From assembly GCF_001194135.2 (NCBI RefSeq), contig NC_068995.1, forward strand, positions 19,050,028 through 19,114,027: a stretch of DNA of 64,000 bases. The letters run 5' to 3'. Each line of letters starts with the position of its first letter. The first letter of the stretch is position 1. Origin of the DNA: Octopus bimaculoides (lineage: Eukaryota). Positions 39,790-53,750 of this stretch are shown one piece after another. A program made the position numbers and the translations under genes. The notes under the pieces are model-generated. The model worked only from the letters and a program-made list of their open reading frames with translations. It ran no database searches and had not been told where the DNA came from.

Positions 39790-39980
39790 GAGGCTGTGAG
39801 CTGGCTGAATAATTAGCACTCTGCGAAATACGTTTAGCTGCATTCAAATGTCACAGAAGTTGACCTTGTGTTTCATCCTTTCAGGATCGATAAAATAAGT
39901 ACCAGTTTTTTGCTGTCGTCAATGTAATTACCTAGTACCCTACCACAGATTTCAGACCTTATGCATTTTGTAGAAAGGAT
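39790..39980 (+). mobile_element. tRNA-derived SINE (internally deleted)
   Basis: Head gaggctgtgagctggc; tttcatcctttcaggatcgataaaataagtaccag; tail gtagaaaggatt. Confidence 0.75.
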
Positions 39981-42142
39981 TGCTAGATCAATTTCTATAG
40001 ACTCCATAATAGGCAGGGACCTGATTACTGGAAGCTGAACGCATCTATTACGAAGAGCACGTTTACAGAAACCGGATTATTGAATTAGTTAACCAATAAT
40101 GTATGATCGCGGAACACGGGGATGTATAACATTTTTCTTACTTAGTACGAATAGGCGAAGATCAAATTTATTGCTTATTAAGGTACCAGTCGTATACGAA
40201 AATCGATTATTCTAAGTGTGCGTGTTTCTCTCAGTCTTTTTCCACCTTTCTTTTCTTTTATTTATTTCTATCTGTCTTTCTTTCTTTCCTTCTTTCTTTT
40301 TTTCCTTCTTTTTCTCTGTATTTCCCCACTGTCCTACTTATCGGCTTTATCGAAGTATCTGTGACTTGACAGAAACCAGTACGTGTACAAAATGGCGAAA
40401 TGATTCGAAGAGCATGACACATTTTTGCACCTATAAAGTGCAGGCGAACGCATGATACACGTTCACGAGTGCGCGCGTGAGTGATCTTTCGCTTATGAGT
40501 GTGTGCATGGGTGAATTCATATTTGTCGGTGTGTGTGTATTTTCATATATAAGCCTAGATGCGTACATTTGTCAACCTATATATATATATATNNNNNNNN
40601 NNNNNNNNNNNNNNNNNNNNNNNNNNNNNNNNNNNNNNNNNNNNNNNNNNNNNNNNNNNNNNNNNNNNNNNNNNNNNNNNNNNNNNNNNNNNNNNNNNNN
40701 NNNNNNNNNNNNNNNNNNNNNNNNNNNNNNNNNNNNNNNNNNNNNNNNNNNNNNNNNNNNNNNNNNNNNNNNNNNNNNNNNNNNNNNNNNNNNNNNNNNN
40801 NNNNNNNNNNNNNNNNNNNNNNNNNNNNNNNNNNNNNNNNNNNNNNNNNNNNNNNNNNNNNNNNNNNNNNNNNNNNNNNNNNNNNNNNNNNNNNNNNNNN
40901 NNNNNNNNNNNNNNNNNNNNNNNNNNNNNNNNNNNNNNNNNNNNNNNNNNNNNNNNNNNNNNNNNNNNNNNNNNNNNNNNNNNNNNNNNNNNNNNNNNNN
41001 NNNNNNNNNNNNNNNNNNNNNNNNNNNNNNNNNNNNNNNNNNNNNNNNNNNNNNNNNNNNNNNNNNNNNNNNNNNNNNNNNNNNNNNNNNNNNNNNNNNN
41101 NNNNNNNNNNNNNNNNNNNNNNNNNNNNNNNNNNNNNNNNNNNNNNNNNNNNNNNNNNNNNNNNNNNNNNNNNNNNNNNNNNNNNNNNNNNNNNNNNNNN
41201 NNNNNNNNNNNNNNNNNNNNNNNNNNNNNNNNNNNNNNNNNNNNNNNNNNNNNNNNNNNNNNNNNNNNNNNNNNNNNNNNNNNNNNNNNNNNNNNNNNNN
41301 NNNNNNNNNNNNNNNNNNNNNNNNNNNNNNNNNNNNNNNNNNNNNNNNNNNNNNNNNNNNNNNNNNNNNNNNNNNNNNNNNNNNNNNNNNNNNNNNNNNN
41401 NNNNNNNNNNNNNNNNNNNNNNNNNNNNNNNNNNNNNNNNNNNNNNNNNNNNNNNNNNNNNNNNNNNNNNNNNNNNNNNNNNNNNNNNNNNNNNNNNNNN
41501 NNNNNNNNNNNNNNNNNNNNNNNNNNNNNNNNNNNNNNNNNNNNNNNNNNNNNNNNNNNNNNNNNNNNNNNNNNTGTGTGTGTGTGTGTGTGTGTGTGTA
41601 TGTATCGAGAGTGTGAGTGAAAGAGGGGTGAAATTGGAAGAAGAAAGAGACAGTTGAACAAGTAAATGAGTTAAAATAAAAAGACAGAAACACGAAATGA
41701 AGAAAATAAAAATAAAAACAAAATACATACTAAGTAATCAAAATATGCAAAGAGAACGTTAGATGATGGAATGAAAATGTCTTTGGAGAACATATTTTAA
41801 AGTTTCTTGGCTTTTTTCTTCTCCAGGAAAGAAGCGATTGGTTTCTTTGAGGTAAACCAAGTAAAGGAAGAAAACTGAACATGACAGAACGTTAAATATA
41901 TATTTAGTTAATGGCTATTGGGTTTTCCACTTTCATTCAAGTAGAAAGTGAGAAATACGATTGTATTTGCCACAAGCATGGTATAAGTGGGTTTATACAC
42001 ACATACACATATATGCGCATAATATATACATATTTTATATATGCATGTCTATATCCGTATACATACATACACTCACACTCTCACACACACATACACACAC
42101 TCACACTCACACATATATATATANNNNNNNNNNTATATATAA

Positions 42143-42440
42143 TGGACTCCGTTCGGTCATGAATGACCATGGAATTTCACATAGAAAGTTCCCCTCTAAG
42201 ACACAAGTCTGGACAATGTTGTTTTACAGAAGACCAGCAGTCGCCCATGCATACCAGCCTCCCCTCTCCACACCACTGATGTTATCCAAGGGAAAGGCAA
42301 GCAAAGGGGCCGATACAGCTCGGCACCAATGACATTGCAACTCATTTCTACGGCTGAGTGAACTGAAGTAACGTGAAATAAAGTGTCTTGCTCAAGGACA
42401 CAACACACAATCCGATCCGGGAAGCGAATGTTTTCCCATG
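42143..42440 (-). mobile_element. SINE (third family, long 3' tail)
   Basis: gaagaccagcagtcgcccatgcataccagcctcccctctcc..caactcatttctac.gctgagtgaactg..aaagtgtcttgctcaaggacacaac. The head end shares gtgtcttgctcaagg..caac with the SINE head at 33086. Confidence 0.75.
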
Positions 42441-44045
42441 AGAGTTCCGGACCCCGGTAATGAACTCATTTGCATACAGCCAGTCAGAGCTCACCTTAAA
42501 AATCCACATACTGTGTATTGGCACAGTACAGCCAGGCAGGCATAGAATGGTGTATGTCACTCTGTGAGTACAGCATAGCAGGTTTCANNNNNNNNNNNNN
42601 NNNNNNNNNNNNNNNNNNNNNNNNNNNNNNNNNNNNNNNNNNNNNNNNNNNNNNNNNNNNNNNNNNNNNNNNNNNNNNNNNNNNNNNNNNNNNNNNNNNN
42701 NNNNNNNNNNNNNNNNNNNNNNNNNNNNNNNNNNNNNNNNNNNNNNNNNNNNNNNNNNNNNNNNNNNNNNNNNNNNNNNNNNNNNNNNNNNNNNNNNNNN
42801 NNNNNNNNNNNNNNNNNNNNNNNNNNNNNNNNNNNNNNNNNNNNNNNNNNNNNNNNNNNNNNNNNNNNNNNNNNNNNNNNNNNNNNNNNNNNNNNNNNNN
42901 NNNNNNNNNNNNNNNNNNNNNNNNNNNNNNNNNNNNNNNNNNNNNNNNNNNNNNNNNNNNNNNNNNNNNNNNNNNNNNNNNNNNNNNNNNNNNNNNNNNN
43001 NNNNNNNNNNNNNNNNNNNNNNNNNNNNNNNNNNNNNNNNNNNNNNNNNNNNNNNNNNNNNNNNNNNNNNNNNNNNNNNNNNNNNNNNNNNNNNNNNNNN
43101 NNNNNNNNNNNNNNNNNNNNNNNNNNNNNNNNNNNNNNNNNNNNNNNNNNNNNNNNNNNNNNNNNNNNNNNNNNNNNNNNNNNNNNNNNNNNNNNNNNNN
43201 NNNNNNNNNNNNNNNNNNNNNNNNNNNNNNNNNNNNNNNNNNNNNNNNNNNNNNNNNNNNNNNNNNNNNNNNNNNNNNNNNNNNNNNNNNNNNNNNNNNN
43301 NNNNNNNNNNNNNNNNNNNNNNNNNNNNNNNNNNNNNNNNNNNNNNNNNNNNNNNNNNNNNNNNNNNNNNNNNNNNNNNNNNNNNNNNNNNNNNNNNNNN
43401 NNNNNNNNNNNNNNNNNNNNNNNNNNNNNNNNNNNNNNNNNNNNNNNNNNNNNNNNNNNNNNNNNNNNNNNNNNNNNNNNNNNNNNNNNNNNNNNNNNNN
43501 NNNNNNNNNNNNNNNNNNNNNNNNNNNNNNNNNNGATGTCGAGAAGGGAAAATAGGTAGATTAGTTTAAATTTATTAGAATTATTTTTACGTTGTTACAT
43601 TTGTACTCGTCTAAAATGACAATAAAGTTGAATTGAGTGAATGAAAGAGAGGTGGTGTCTCTGTATTTGTGTATGCCTGTGTGTGTGTGTGTGTCTGTGT
43701 CTGTGTATGTGTGTGTGTTTGTGTGTGTGTTTGTGTGTATGTGTAGATGTTTGNNNNNNNNNNNNNNNNNNNNNNNNNNNNNNNNNNNNNNNNNNNNNNN
43801 NNNNNNNNNNNNNNNNNNNNNNNNNNNNNNNNNNNNNNNNNNNNNNNNNNNNNTCTATATATATATATGTAGATAGACACAGATATATATACATATACTA
43901 GATGTATATATATGTATGTATATGTATATAGAGATACATTTATGGTATATGTATGTTTGTCCCGTTGAAGTGGTGTTTACTTTATGAATGTCTCTGTCTT
44001 TACACGTGACCATATTTGTAGAAATTTGAGTGTGTGTGTGTGTGT

Positions 44046-44099
<54 letters not shown>

Positions 44100-44685
44100 N
44101 NNNNNNNNNNNNNNNNNNNNNNNNNNNNNNNNNNNNNNNNNNNNNNNNNNNNNNNNNNNNNNNNNNNNNNNNNNNNNNNNNNNNNNNNNNNNNNNNNNNN
44201 NNNNNNNNNNNNNNNNNNNNNNNNNNNNNNNNNNNNNNNNNNNNNNNNNNNNNNNNNNNNNNNNNNNNNNNNNNNNNNNNNNNNNNNNNNNNNNNNNNNN
44301 NNNNNNNNNNNNNNNNNNNNNNNNNNNNNNNNNNNNNNNNNNNNNNNNNNNNNNNNNNNNNNNNNNNNNNNNNNNNNNNNNNNNNNNNNNNNNNNNNNNN
44401 NNNNNNNNNNNNNNNNNNNNNNNNNNNNNNNNNNNNNNNNNNNNNNNNNNNNNNNNNNNNNNNNNNNNNNNNNNNNNNNNNNNNNNNNNNNNNNNNNNNN
44501 NNNNNNNNNNNNNNNNNNNNNNNNNNNNNNNNNNNNNNNNNNNNNNNNNNNNNNNNNNNNNNNNNNNNNNNNNNNNNNNNNNNNNNNNNNNNNNNNNNNN
44601 NNNNNNNNNNNNNNNNNNNNNNNNNNNNNNNNNNNNNNNNNNNNNNNNNNNNNNNNNNNNNNNNNNNNNNNNNNNNAGCCTTAGC

Positions 44686-44686
<1 letters not shown>

Positions 44687-44782
<96 letters not shown>

Positions 44783-44820
44783 GTAATCCTTTCTAATGCA
44801 GGCACTAGGCCTGAAATTTT
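44687..44820 (-). repeat. SINE 3' tail running directly into an (ATT)n array
   Basis: Minus strand: aaaatttcaggcctagtgcctgcattagaaaggatt followed by (ATT)~30. Confidence 0.8.
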
Positions 44821-44980
44821 GTTGTGTGTGTTTGTTGTGTGTGTATAAGACCTAGTTAGATGTGTCAAAAATAATTAGTGTTAAAATCGGTTTAATTAAA
44901 CTCAATTTAAAATAAGTCACTATACTACTACGACTGTTACTACTACAACTACTACTATCGCTACTACAATTACTACTACA

Positions 44981-45035
<55 letters not shown>

Positions 45036-47198
45036 TAATTTGTTTGTAAAATTATGTATAAAAATTATTAATATTACAGAGCAATTGGTATTACTAATTG
45101 GCCGTTTTATATCTTGTCATCTGGATGGAACGTAAAAAACGAAAAAGAAAAACGAAAACAAAAGAAAAATTGTGTCAAATCTGTAAAGTTATTGGTATGG
45201 AGGGAAGAAAAAATTGTTCTGGATTTGTCTGCTCAGAATCTCCCGATATGCCATTCTAATAGAAATAATTGTTTACTTTTACGTTTAAAGTGTTGATGAT
45301 GCCGAGCGCGTCGAGTTATGCCCTGGTTGTTGTGGCCATATACAGCATGTGTGCGCGCGCGAGCGTGTGTTGAACTACTCTTGTTTGTACTTATTTGCTA
45401 TCTGATAATGGATGCGGTAGGGGTGGGGTATTGTTGATTATCTTGATAACGGAAATAATTTATGAAAGTGGATTGCACGAAGAAAGCTGGAAATAAACAC
45501 TAGTGTGTGACGGTTGCCGATTTGTCAGGGTGTATGTTCCGACTAAGCATGTCGAGCTAGCACTCTTACGTCTACCGATGTGTGAGGATTAAATACATGT
45601 ACGTTGCTTACGTTTTACGAACTACGCTAGTGTCTGCACGCTGATGACATATTATTGCTTGGCACAAGTGCCTTCCACGAACTTTTTATATTTATCAAAT
45701 ATATATATATATATATATATANNNNNNNNNNNNNNNNNNNNNNNNNNNNNNNNNNNNNNNNNNNNNNNNNNNNNNNNNNNNNNNNNNNNNNNNNNNNNNN
45801 NNNNNNNNNNNNNNNNNNNNNNNNNNNNNNNNNNNNNNNNNNNNNNNNNNNNNNNNNNNNNNNNNNNNNNNNNNNNNNNNNNNNNNNNNNNNNNNNNNNN
45901 NNNNNNNNNNNNNNNNNNNNNNNNNNNNNNNNNNNNNNNNNNNNNNNNNNNNNNNNNNNNNNNNNNNNNNNNNNNNNNNATATATGTTTATGTGTGTGTG
46001 CGTGCGTGTGTGTGTGTGTGTGTGTGTGTGCGTGTGTGTACCTATATATATTTATTTATTTTTAAGGAATAGCGTTGTGGAACAACTGAAGGTTTGTCTC
46101 TCGGTACTAACTTTGATGCAGTTGTTTCTTTTTTTTTACTGTATTCTCCTTCGGTTTAAATGGTGATCCTCCATGCAGATTTCAATAATTATTTCTATAG
46201 AGTTGTGTCTTTATGCCTAATTTTACTGCGTTATTTCGTGACAATAATAAAGAGGACTGCGCATGTGTCTATCAGAACGATGAATCTAGATTGTTCCCGT
46301 AAAAAGATGATAATAGTTAAATAAATCTGTTAGTAAGAACGACACATAAAACTCAGCATCGTTTTATTATATTTATTAATTTTGTAATTGCCCCCTTTTT
46401 TTGTGTCGTCTGTATTTTTTTTATTATTTGTAGTCTTTCTTTTTATTTTTCAATACATTTTCCCGGCGCACCTAACTCAACTTCATGCCTCTCTACTGCA
46501 TTCAGTGTCCCCTTTTTTATGCGTTCGAATGTGTTTCATGAATACAAATTATATGGTTTGCATCTGCATTGCGACTCATAATATTTATTGAAGCGTATAT
46601 GGAAGGATAGTAGCAAGAATGTTACACGAATGCTTTTTTTTTTAATAGCCTCTATTTCTATGTCTTTATATATTATGGATATCCCTGCATATATTAAGCA
46701 TACGAAGGAGATTCTGCATAATCACTCGACTTGGTACATATGCTGTAGCCACATTTCCCAGGAATTTCACCATATCAAGTTTAAAAGAAAGAGAGCACAT
46801 AGTCTTGTACAATGTAGCTCCGTATAAACCAATCATTATACAAAAAAAGAATGGAATGTCTTTCACTTATTGAAGCATTCAGTCAGCGGCGAAGCGGCAC
46901 CAATTTACAATACCAGTAACTGCAAATCTGCAATGTTTCAGGTATATTAAATAGTGTCCAAGGCAATCATCATCACCACCACCACCACCAATCATCAGTA
47001 TCATCATCATCATCATCATCACTGTCACCAGAGCGGCACTTTCGCCTTTGCTACACATTCATTTAGTTGTCTACCTATGGTTTCAAAGACTAGTAAGAAC
47101 TTTCAGTCAATAACCATGCGCCAAGTCTATTCTAGTTGTTTTATTTTCAGTTTGATTTGAGTATTTAGTTTCCTGATGGTAACATCATTCTTCGATTC

Positions 47199-47204
<6 letters not shown>

Positions 47205-47266
<62 letters not shown>

Positions 47267-47358
47267 GCTATCGTTATCGTTATTGTTGTTATCATTGTTA
47301 TAATTAGACAGCAGCTTCAGAGCAGCAGTAGTAGCAGCAGCAGCAGCAGCAGCAGCAA

Positions 47359-47403
<45 letters not shown>

Positions 47404-47413
47404 AAACAGCAGT

Positions 47414-47490
<77 letters not shown>

Positions 47491-47530
47491 CAGCAGCAGC
47501 AGTGGTGGCGGTGTGGTATTGGTGGCGGTG
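47205..47530 (+). repeat. Compound trinucleotide arrays (ATT)n, (CAG)n, (TAG)n
   Basis: Directly visible. Confidence 0.95.
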
Positions 47531-47789
47531 CTAGTTGTGATACTTACTGGTTGAATCAATGATTGTGATTGTGTTGACCTTACTGTTGGGAGTAAAACTG
47601 CTTCGAAACTGGTGAATGAGCTCTTCATATTTGACAGCATCATATATTTGGTATTCTTAACTGTTATTTCTTTAGAAGCAATCGTTCACTTAAGAAATAG
47701 TTGAGATTCATTATGCAGGAGAAATGGAAAGATAATTATATTTTATCAGAACATTAAAAAACAACCAGCATTTTCTTTTTTAAGATATA

Positions 47790-48669
47790 CGAGGTCTGAT
47801 CAATAAGTATCGAGATTGCTGCCATAGTAACGAAGCTAATGAACGCAGAGTAAAGCCCCTTGGCAAAAACTGACCTTGAACGCCGTTTTCCTTTCACACT
47901 AAGTTTTAACATTCTAACTCACTTTCACTGTTTACAGCAGTACTTAGAAGGAAGCTGTGTAGCGTGGGATCGTCGCGTTGACCATGACAGTGGAAGTTGC
48001 CATGGTGATACAACGGAAAGTTACAGAAAGTGTAGGGAGAGGAGTGTATAAGCCGCACAGAATTCTACGAGTGGTTAGGACGTTTCCAAGATGGACGAAA
48101 CGATGTCGATATTGACGAACGTTCTGGGAGATCTGCAACTATCAGACCTAAGAAAAACATTGCAGGCAGATGTGCGTACCGCTGTAAGAGGAAATCGTTG
48201 AATCACCATCCGCGAGTTATCAGAGGCTGTGCAGATTAGTTACGTTTCAGTTGAGGCCATTATCACTGAAGATTTGGGTATGAGACGCGTGTCTGCCAAA
48301 TTTATGACAAAATTGCTTTCAACTGACCAAAAAGTGACACGAGTTTCAGTTGCACAAGATCTCCTTGATTGTGTCGAGAAAGATAAAAAGTTTTTGAAAA
48401 CGTTGCATAGGCTTTTGAGCAGGAATCGCCATACTTTTAGCAAAATTTGATGCAGATATTCTGGACAACTTTCTCTGTCATGTTCAATGCGACACTCACA
48501 CGCTACACACCTTTCTTCCACAAACTGTTGCAAACAGCAGAAGTGAGATAGAAGGCTAAATCTTAGTGTGTATGCACAACAGGGTTCAAGGTCAATCTTC
48601 ACCAAGCGGCTTTACTTTGCATGCTTCGTAACTATGGCAACAGCGCAGATACTTTTTGATCAGACCACG
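47790..48669. mobile_element. Non-autonomous mariner (Tc1/mariner) foldback derivative with TA TSD
   Basis: TA|cgaggtctgatcaataagtatc ... gatactttttgatcagaccacg|TA. + strand transposase remnant GEECISRTEFYEWLGRFQDGRNDVDIDERSGRSAT..ITIRELSEAVQISYVSVEAIITEDLGMRRVSAKFMTKLLSTDQK. ~210-bp inverted arms. Confidence 0.9.
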
Positions 48670-50046
48670 TATTAAAATCTATAATCAGAAAAAAATAGTG
48701 TTTGCTCACAGCAGCAATAATTAATGTTTTTGTAAAGGCAACTAAATTTCCTGGTTTGATTTGCTGAGAGGATTAAAACATTATATAACTTAGAGATAAT
48801 CGTCCTTCTAAGTAGAGAGAGAGAGAGAGAGAGAGGGGGGGAGAGAGAGAGTTAGAAGGATAGAGACAGTGAGAGAGGATGATAAAGCATTATCATAGTT
48901 GTGTATATAAGAGGGTTTTTATATTACTTCATATTGGTAAGGGATAGTTGCTCGAAGAGTTATACATCTCTACTTAACGGAGGCAAATAATTATGCTCCA
49001 ATATATTCTTTGCTACAAAATTATGGCAGTATTATATTATATATTGTGAATATTATTTCGAAGATTTCGCATACGTATATATCAAAATGTCTAGCAACCA
49101 AGGTGTCGTAAAAGTAAATTATGTACCCATCCTCAGTAACAGCTTGTCCCGCCAACAGTAAATTTGAAACTAAAATCGATTTGTTTTTTTTAAACTAATA
49201 CCTTCACATCTAAGTTATTCGGCTATTATGCTGACCATCATTTGTTAAATTAATGAAATTTTTCACAGCCGTTGCTTTTTATGAAGATGTGTAAACTAAG
49301 AAAATTACAGACACACTCGATTAATACAAACAGCGCGTTTCACTGCCTGAATTGAGATCTTAGCAGTAGTAAATTTTCTTTTCAGCCTTAGTACACTAAG
49401 ATATTTAATGGAGGATAATAAATTACTAATGAAACAGAACCAGAGTTGAACAAATTTTCATGGTTATAATCACCTATAACTACACAAAACATATTACAAT
49501 CTGGAACAGTATTTTGTTGACTTGCTAGATTATAGGAGATTTCCACCAAAAAACAGAGGCAAAAATCCAATATGTATACCTGAATACGGTACCAATACTG
49601 ATAGTTCATTCTTTGTTATGACTAAGAGTACAAATTGCAGTGTAATCTTAATTCTAACAAAATAATATCCTTCTTGGGAAGTTGGCAGCTATGTCTAGCA
49701 GTTAAATTGACTGAGTAGGGACAACTTCTTTGATTTGAAAAGTAAACACTAATCTAATAACTGAGTAGAAAGTGTATGCCGCTGTACCTTATGGCATCAC
49801 GATACTCTATCTGCTAGACCAAAATGGTTTACACCTACCGGTCTTAAGATATATTCAGTTTCCTTTAAACAGTTAGAAAACAGCTGAGATATTAAGAGTC
49901 TCCAATAAGCAATGGAAATAAACGAACAAGGCTCATTTTGGTTTCCCTACATAATATTCTCGTACGTATTTTGTGTGCAATCAAATGGAAGAACGCTAGA
50001 AATGTATGAGATGCGATTCAAAATTTTTTAAATTGTTGTGTACATA

Positions 50047-50463
50047 CAGGCGCAAGAGTGACTGTGTGGTTAGAAGCTTGCTTCTCAACCACATGGCTCC
50101 AGATTCAGTTCCACTGCGTGGTGGCACCTTGGGCAAGTGTCTTCTACTATAGCCCTGGGCCAACCAAAGCCTTGTGAATGGCTTTGGGGGACAGAAACTG
50201 AAAGAAGCCTATTGTATATATATATATATGTATATATATATGCATGTGTTCCTTGTTTGCACCTGTGTTTTTCCCCCCACTATCGCTTGACAGCCGATGT
50301 TGGTGTCTTTACGTCCCCGTCACCTAGCAGTTTGACATAAAGACGCCGATAGAATAAGTACTAGGCTTTCAAAGAATAAGTCCTGGGGACGATTTATTCG
50401 ACTAAAGGTGGTGCTCCAGCATGGCCGCAGTCAAATGACTTAGACAAGTAAAACAGTAAAAGA
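50047..50463 (+). mobile_element. Near full-length tRNA-derived SINE with internal (TA) stretch
   Basis: ggcgcaagagtgactgtgtggttagaagcttgc..caccttgggcaagtgtcttctactatagcc..ggtggtgctccagcatggccgcagtcaaatgact..aaaagagta. Confidence 0.85.
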
Positions 50464-51439
50464 GTATATATATATGCATGTATATATGTATTTATGTATG
50501 CATAATACGGACGTATTCTCCGAAAATTCTTCATCCATTATGGCATTTATTCAGTAATTACTGTGTTACTATATTTTATAAAGTTATACGTTTCATTCTA
50601 GTGGTCACACTTTGGTATTTTGATTAATTATACGATTTGCTACATAACTTTTTCCTCATAACGTATATTTATATATGAGTTTGGAGCTAATTGTTAACAA
50701 GTTGAATTGACAGTCGATATTTGACAGGCGCGATAATACATCTTTAATACTTTTCTTCAAGGTATCTTCTTTAACATCTGTTATTTCTTGCTCGTTGACT
50801 TTTGCGAAGTCATCCAGAAAATTACTTCGAAAATCTTTCTTTTCTTATTGATACTTCTTTCATTATTTTCGCTGCTTATGTTTGTTTTATTAATGCTATC
50901 GTTAGTCTCACTTATTTTGTCCATCTGGCACTTACTTGCAACATACTCATTATTTTGCATTTTCTGTTGTTCCCTAGTAGGAGTTGGCGATATAATTTCT
51001 GTTATTTATGTACGTGTATGTTGTCTGTCACTGACGAGATATTTTCATACATTAGCTAATTATTTAGGCTTATATGATCTCTGAAATTAACTAGCATATA
51101 TTCTCCATGTTTTATGTTTGTGCGGTGATAAGACTTCAAGTAAATGAGGTAAAGCAATTATTATCATATCTCATATTTTTATAAGTAACGTCATCTTTAT
51201 GTTTCAATAATTAGCGGAAAAAATGTAATAAAAATTTGAATGTAACAAGGTTTTGTTGCTTTGTCGAATTGCTTTTAATACCAGATTCAGGCGTCACCAT
51301 TAAATGCAAGGTATATTACAAATCAATGAAAATATGTATGCCATTAATATAATGTAAAGACACGGCACTATTTGAACACTTTACTCAGACAAGAATCGTT
51401 CCAGCAGAAGAATTTGTTTTAGCTCTTTAAACTCTAAAA

Positions 51440-51582
51440 TGTCCAACTATGCTGCGATCAACATTGCCTTTCATCCTTAGGGTTCGATAATATAAGTAGC
51501 AGTCATGTACCGGGGTCGATGTAGTCGACCAACACCTTACGCAATGTTTCAGGTCTTGTTTCAATAGTAGAAAGGATTATTA
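51440..51582 (+). mobile_element. SINE 3' half
   Basis: ttgcctttcatcc..ggggtcgatgtagtcgac..caggtcttg..tagtagaaaggattatt. Confidence 0.75.
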
Positions 51583-51599
51583 TAATTTCTTTTTCTTCA

Positions 51600-52700
51600 A
51601 TATTCTCTTGAAAAATTCTTAAAAGTGTCAATAGTCCGATTGAAGACATCTATGACAAATATAAACGTACCGCTTAGGTGATATCTTATGGTTCTAATTT
51701 TGCCTGCCAGATAGATAAGCACATTAAAATCGGAAAGTTTTGGGATAAATGCAGTAACATCATCAGCACGACAAACACACTGCAAGGAAAATAGAACATA
51801 CAAGCCAAGAAATAACTGTAACGACAACAACAGAGATGATAATAAATGAGAGGTGAGAAAACACAATAACAACACCGACAATAACCCAGCTACAATCAGC
51901 AATGCTTCCAGTAATACAGCAGAAACAACAACCAATGATGCTACGCTATTACAACGACTAACCGAACACCTTCAGCTATTTTATCAACTAGTAAGACTTT
52001 CATCCTACACAAAATATTTTTTTTTTGTTTCATCCACCACTTCTGTTTAAATAACTGAAGTAGCTACTCAAAGAGAAATCACTGAAAAAGCGTTGAAAAT
52101 GCTGCAAAATTTGGCTGCAAGAGGTGCAAACTAATAGAACAGGATTCTGTTGATAAGAAAAGATGAACATTTCTTCTCCAGGAACGATAAGAAAGACATA
52201 TTGCCCGTGACCCCAGACGCCTTCTAGTAAACCACAACGAAACATATACACATTCCTGTTGTGTGGTCGATGACAAGAAATGCTCACAAACGACTTAGGA
52301 GAGAAGGAAAACAATAGATATCAACTTTGTGGGTCGGTGATGTGAGATTCTTCAGTGATTCCTCTCGATTAGGATTGAAGATGTTATGCTATTCCTAAAT
52401 ACGGCCAACAATTAACAAAAGCAAATGCTGCGAGGATTAAACATCTGATCGAGTAGGATTTCTATTTTGGGGGGAAAACTAACTCAATACTTAATTACAT
52501 GTAAACACACTACTCAAACATATGACTTAATATAGGGACGGACAACTTGATATTAGAAAATGATATCGCTCTAAAATAGTCCGCCAAAACGGTATTCAAT
52601 AATAGAAATAACATTGGATAAGATGTTCAACGGAACTGTGGAAATAACATTCGATATCTGCTCATTATATCTTTGTAACCTTCACAACAAAATGAACAAT
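51600..52700 (+). mobile_element. Heavily decayed Penelope-like element (N-terminus to RT)
   Basis: Fragments NRTPSAILSTSKTF, a 'DKG'-like gttgataagaaaag, KHIHIPVVWS, and ITFDICSLY (cf. PLE RT 'fDv.SLY'). Confidence 0.4.
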
Positions 52701-52999
52701 CAAATATGCACCAACCTTAAATACAGTAAATTCTAGAGGTAAATTGCGAGAAATGTAACGAAAATAATCAGCATCTTCATATGCACAAATAGTAATCTAT
52801 TTAGATAAAATGACTGAGTGTATTCCCACAACAGTTATAACCTAGATAATTTAGTTTCAGATTTGGTTAAAAGTGTTTAAGTAACACAATATAACAGATT
52901 GCAAAAGACACTACTTCTGATATTTGTTTAAATATCCTCTCGTTTGATTTTATTTACGGAAAATTACTGTTAATTAATTGGACTGAACTATCAATTATT

Positions 53000-53750
53000 T
53001 GAGCTTTTTCATTTATTTAAACATTATGCTCTCATAATACTGATGTATTATTGATGTTACCTAGCTCATCGCTACTCATTCTAGTATTTCTGCATTGTGA
53101 ATAATGTCAAACATGATCAACGCATGCCATTCTTCATATATTCTCTTCTTGATAATTTCTTTTATAATTTATCTTTAGAAATATACAAGTCTTTTCAATG
53201 CTGCAATGCTTTCAAGCAATGTTGTACTCAATGTTGCGTCAGCTGTAGGTAGGCAGGTTTTGGTTTTAAGGGTCTATAGATTTGATATATCATTGTTAAT
53301 TTTTAAAACCTGCGACAGTTTTCCAGTCAGTGAACCATTTAATTGTTTCTAGTTTTTCAGTAAGTTAAAAATGTGTTGCTTAATTTTATGACTTACAATT
53401 GCTCTAATAACGTTCTTTATCTAAAAAGCGATCTCTTCACTTTCTATTCACCTACAAAAGTTCTATATTTATCTTACTGTTTGTGTGATATTGAATTATT
53501 ATTATATTTTCTTTACCTAGTTCTTGATTAAATCTCTTAGTTTTGGAGTCGAAATATTTGTTTGCTTAAGAGAATCGTTATTGCTTCTCATAACGATGGA
53601 TTCTTTGCAGTCGCTCTTTGATTTCAAGCATTGCTCTTATTATTTATTATTATTATTATTATTAGTTGTGTAGTATTTGTCACTCCTTTATCTTTTTCCT
53701 TCAAAATCGTGTTTTCGTTACTGATTTCATTAAGGATTAAGAGATCTTTT
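53000..53750 (-). mobile_element. Possible decayed Penelope-like fragment
   Basis: NISTPKLRDLIKN and ENTILKEKDKG (cf. PLE 'iIK.aDKG'). Confidence 0.3.
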
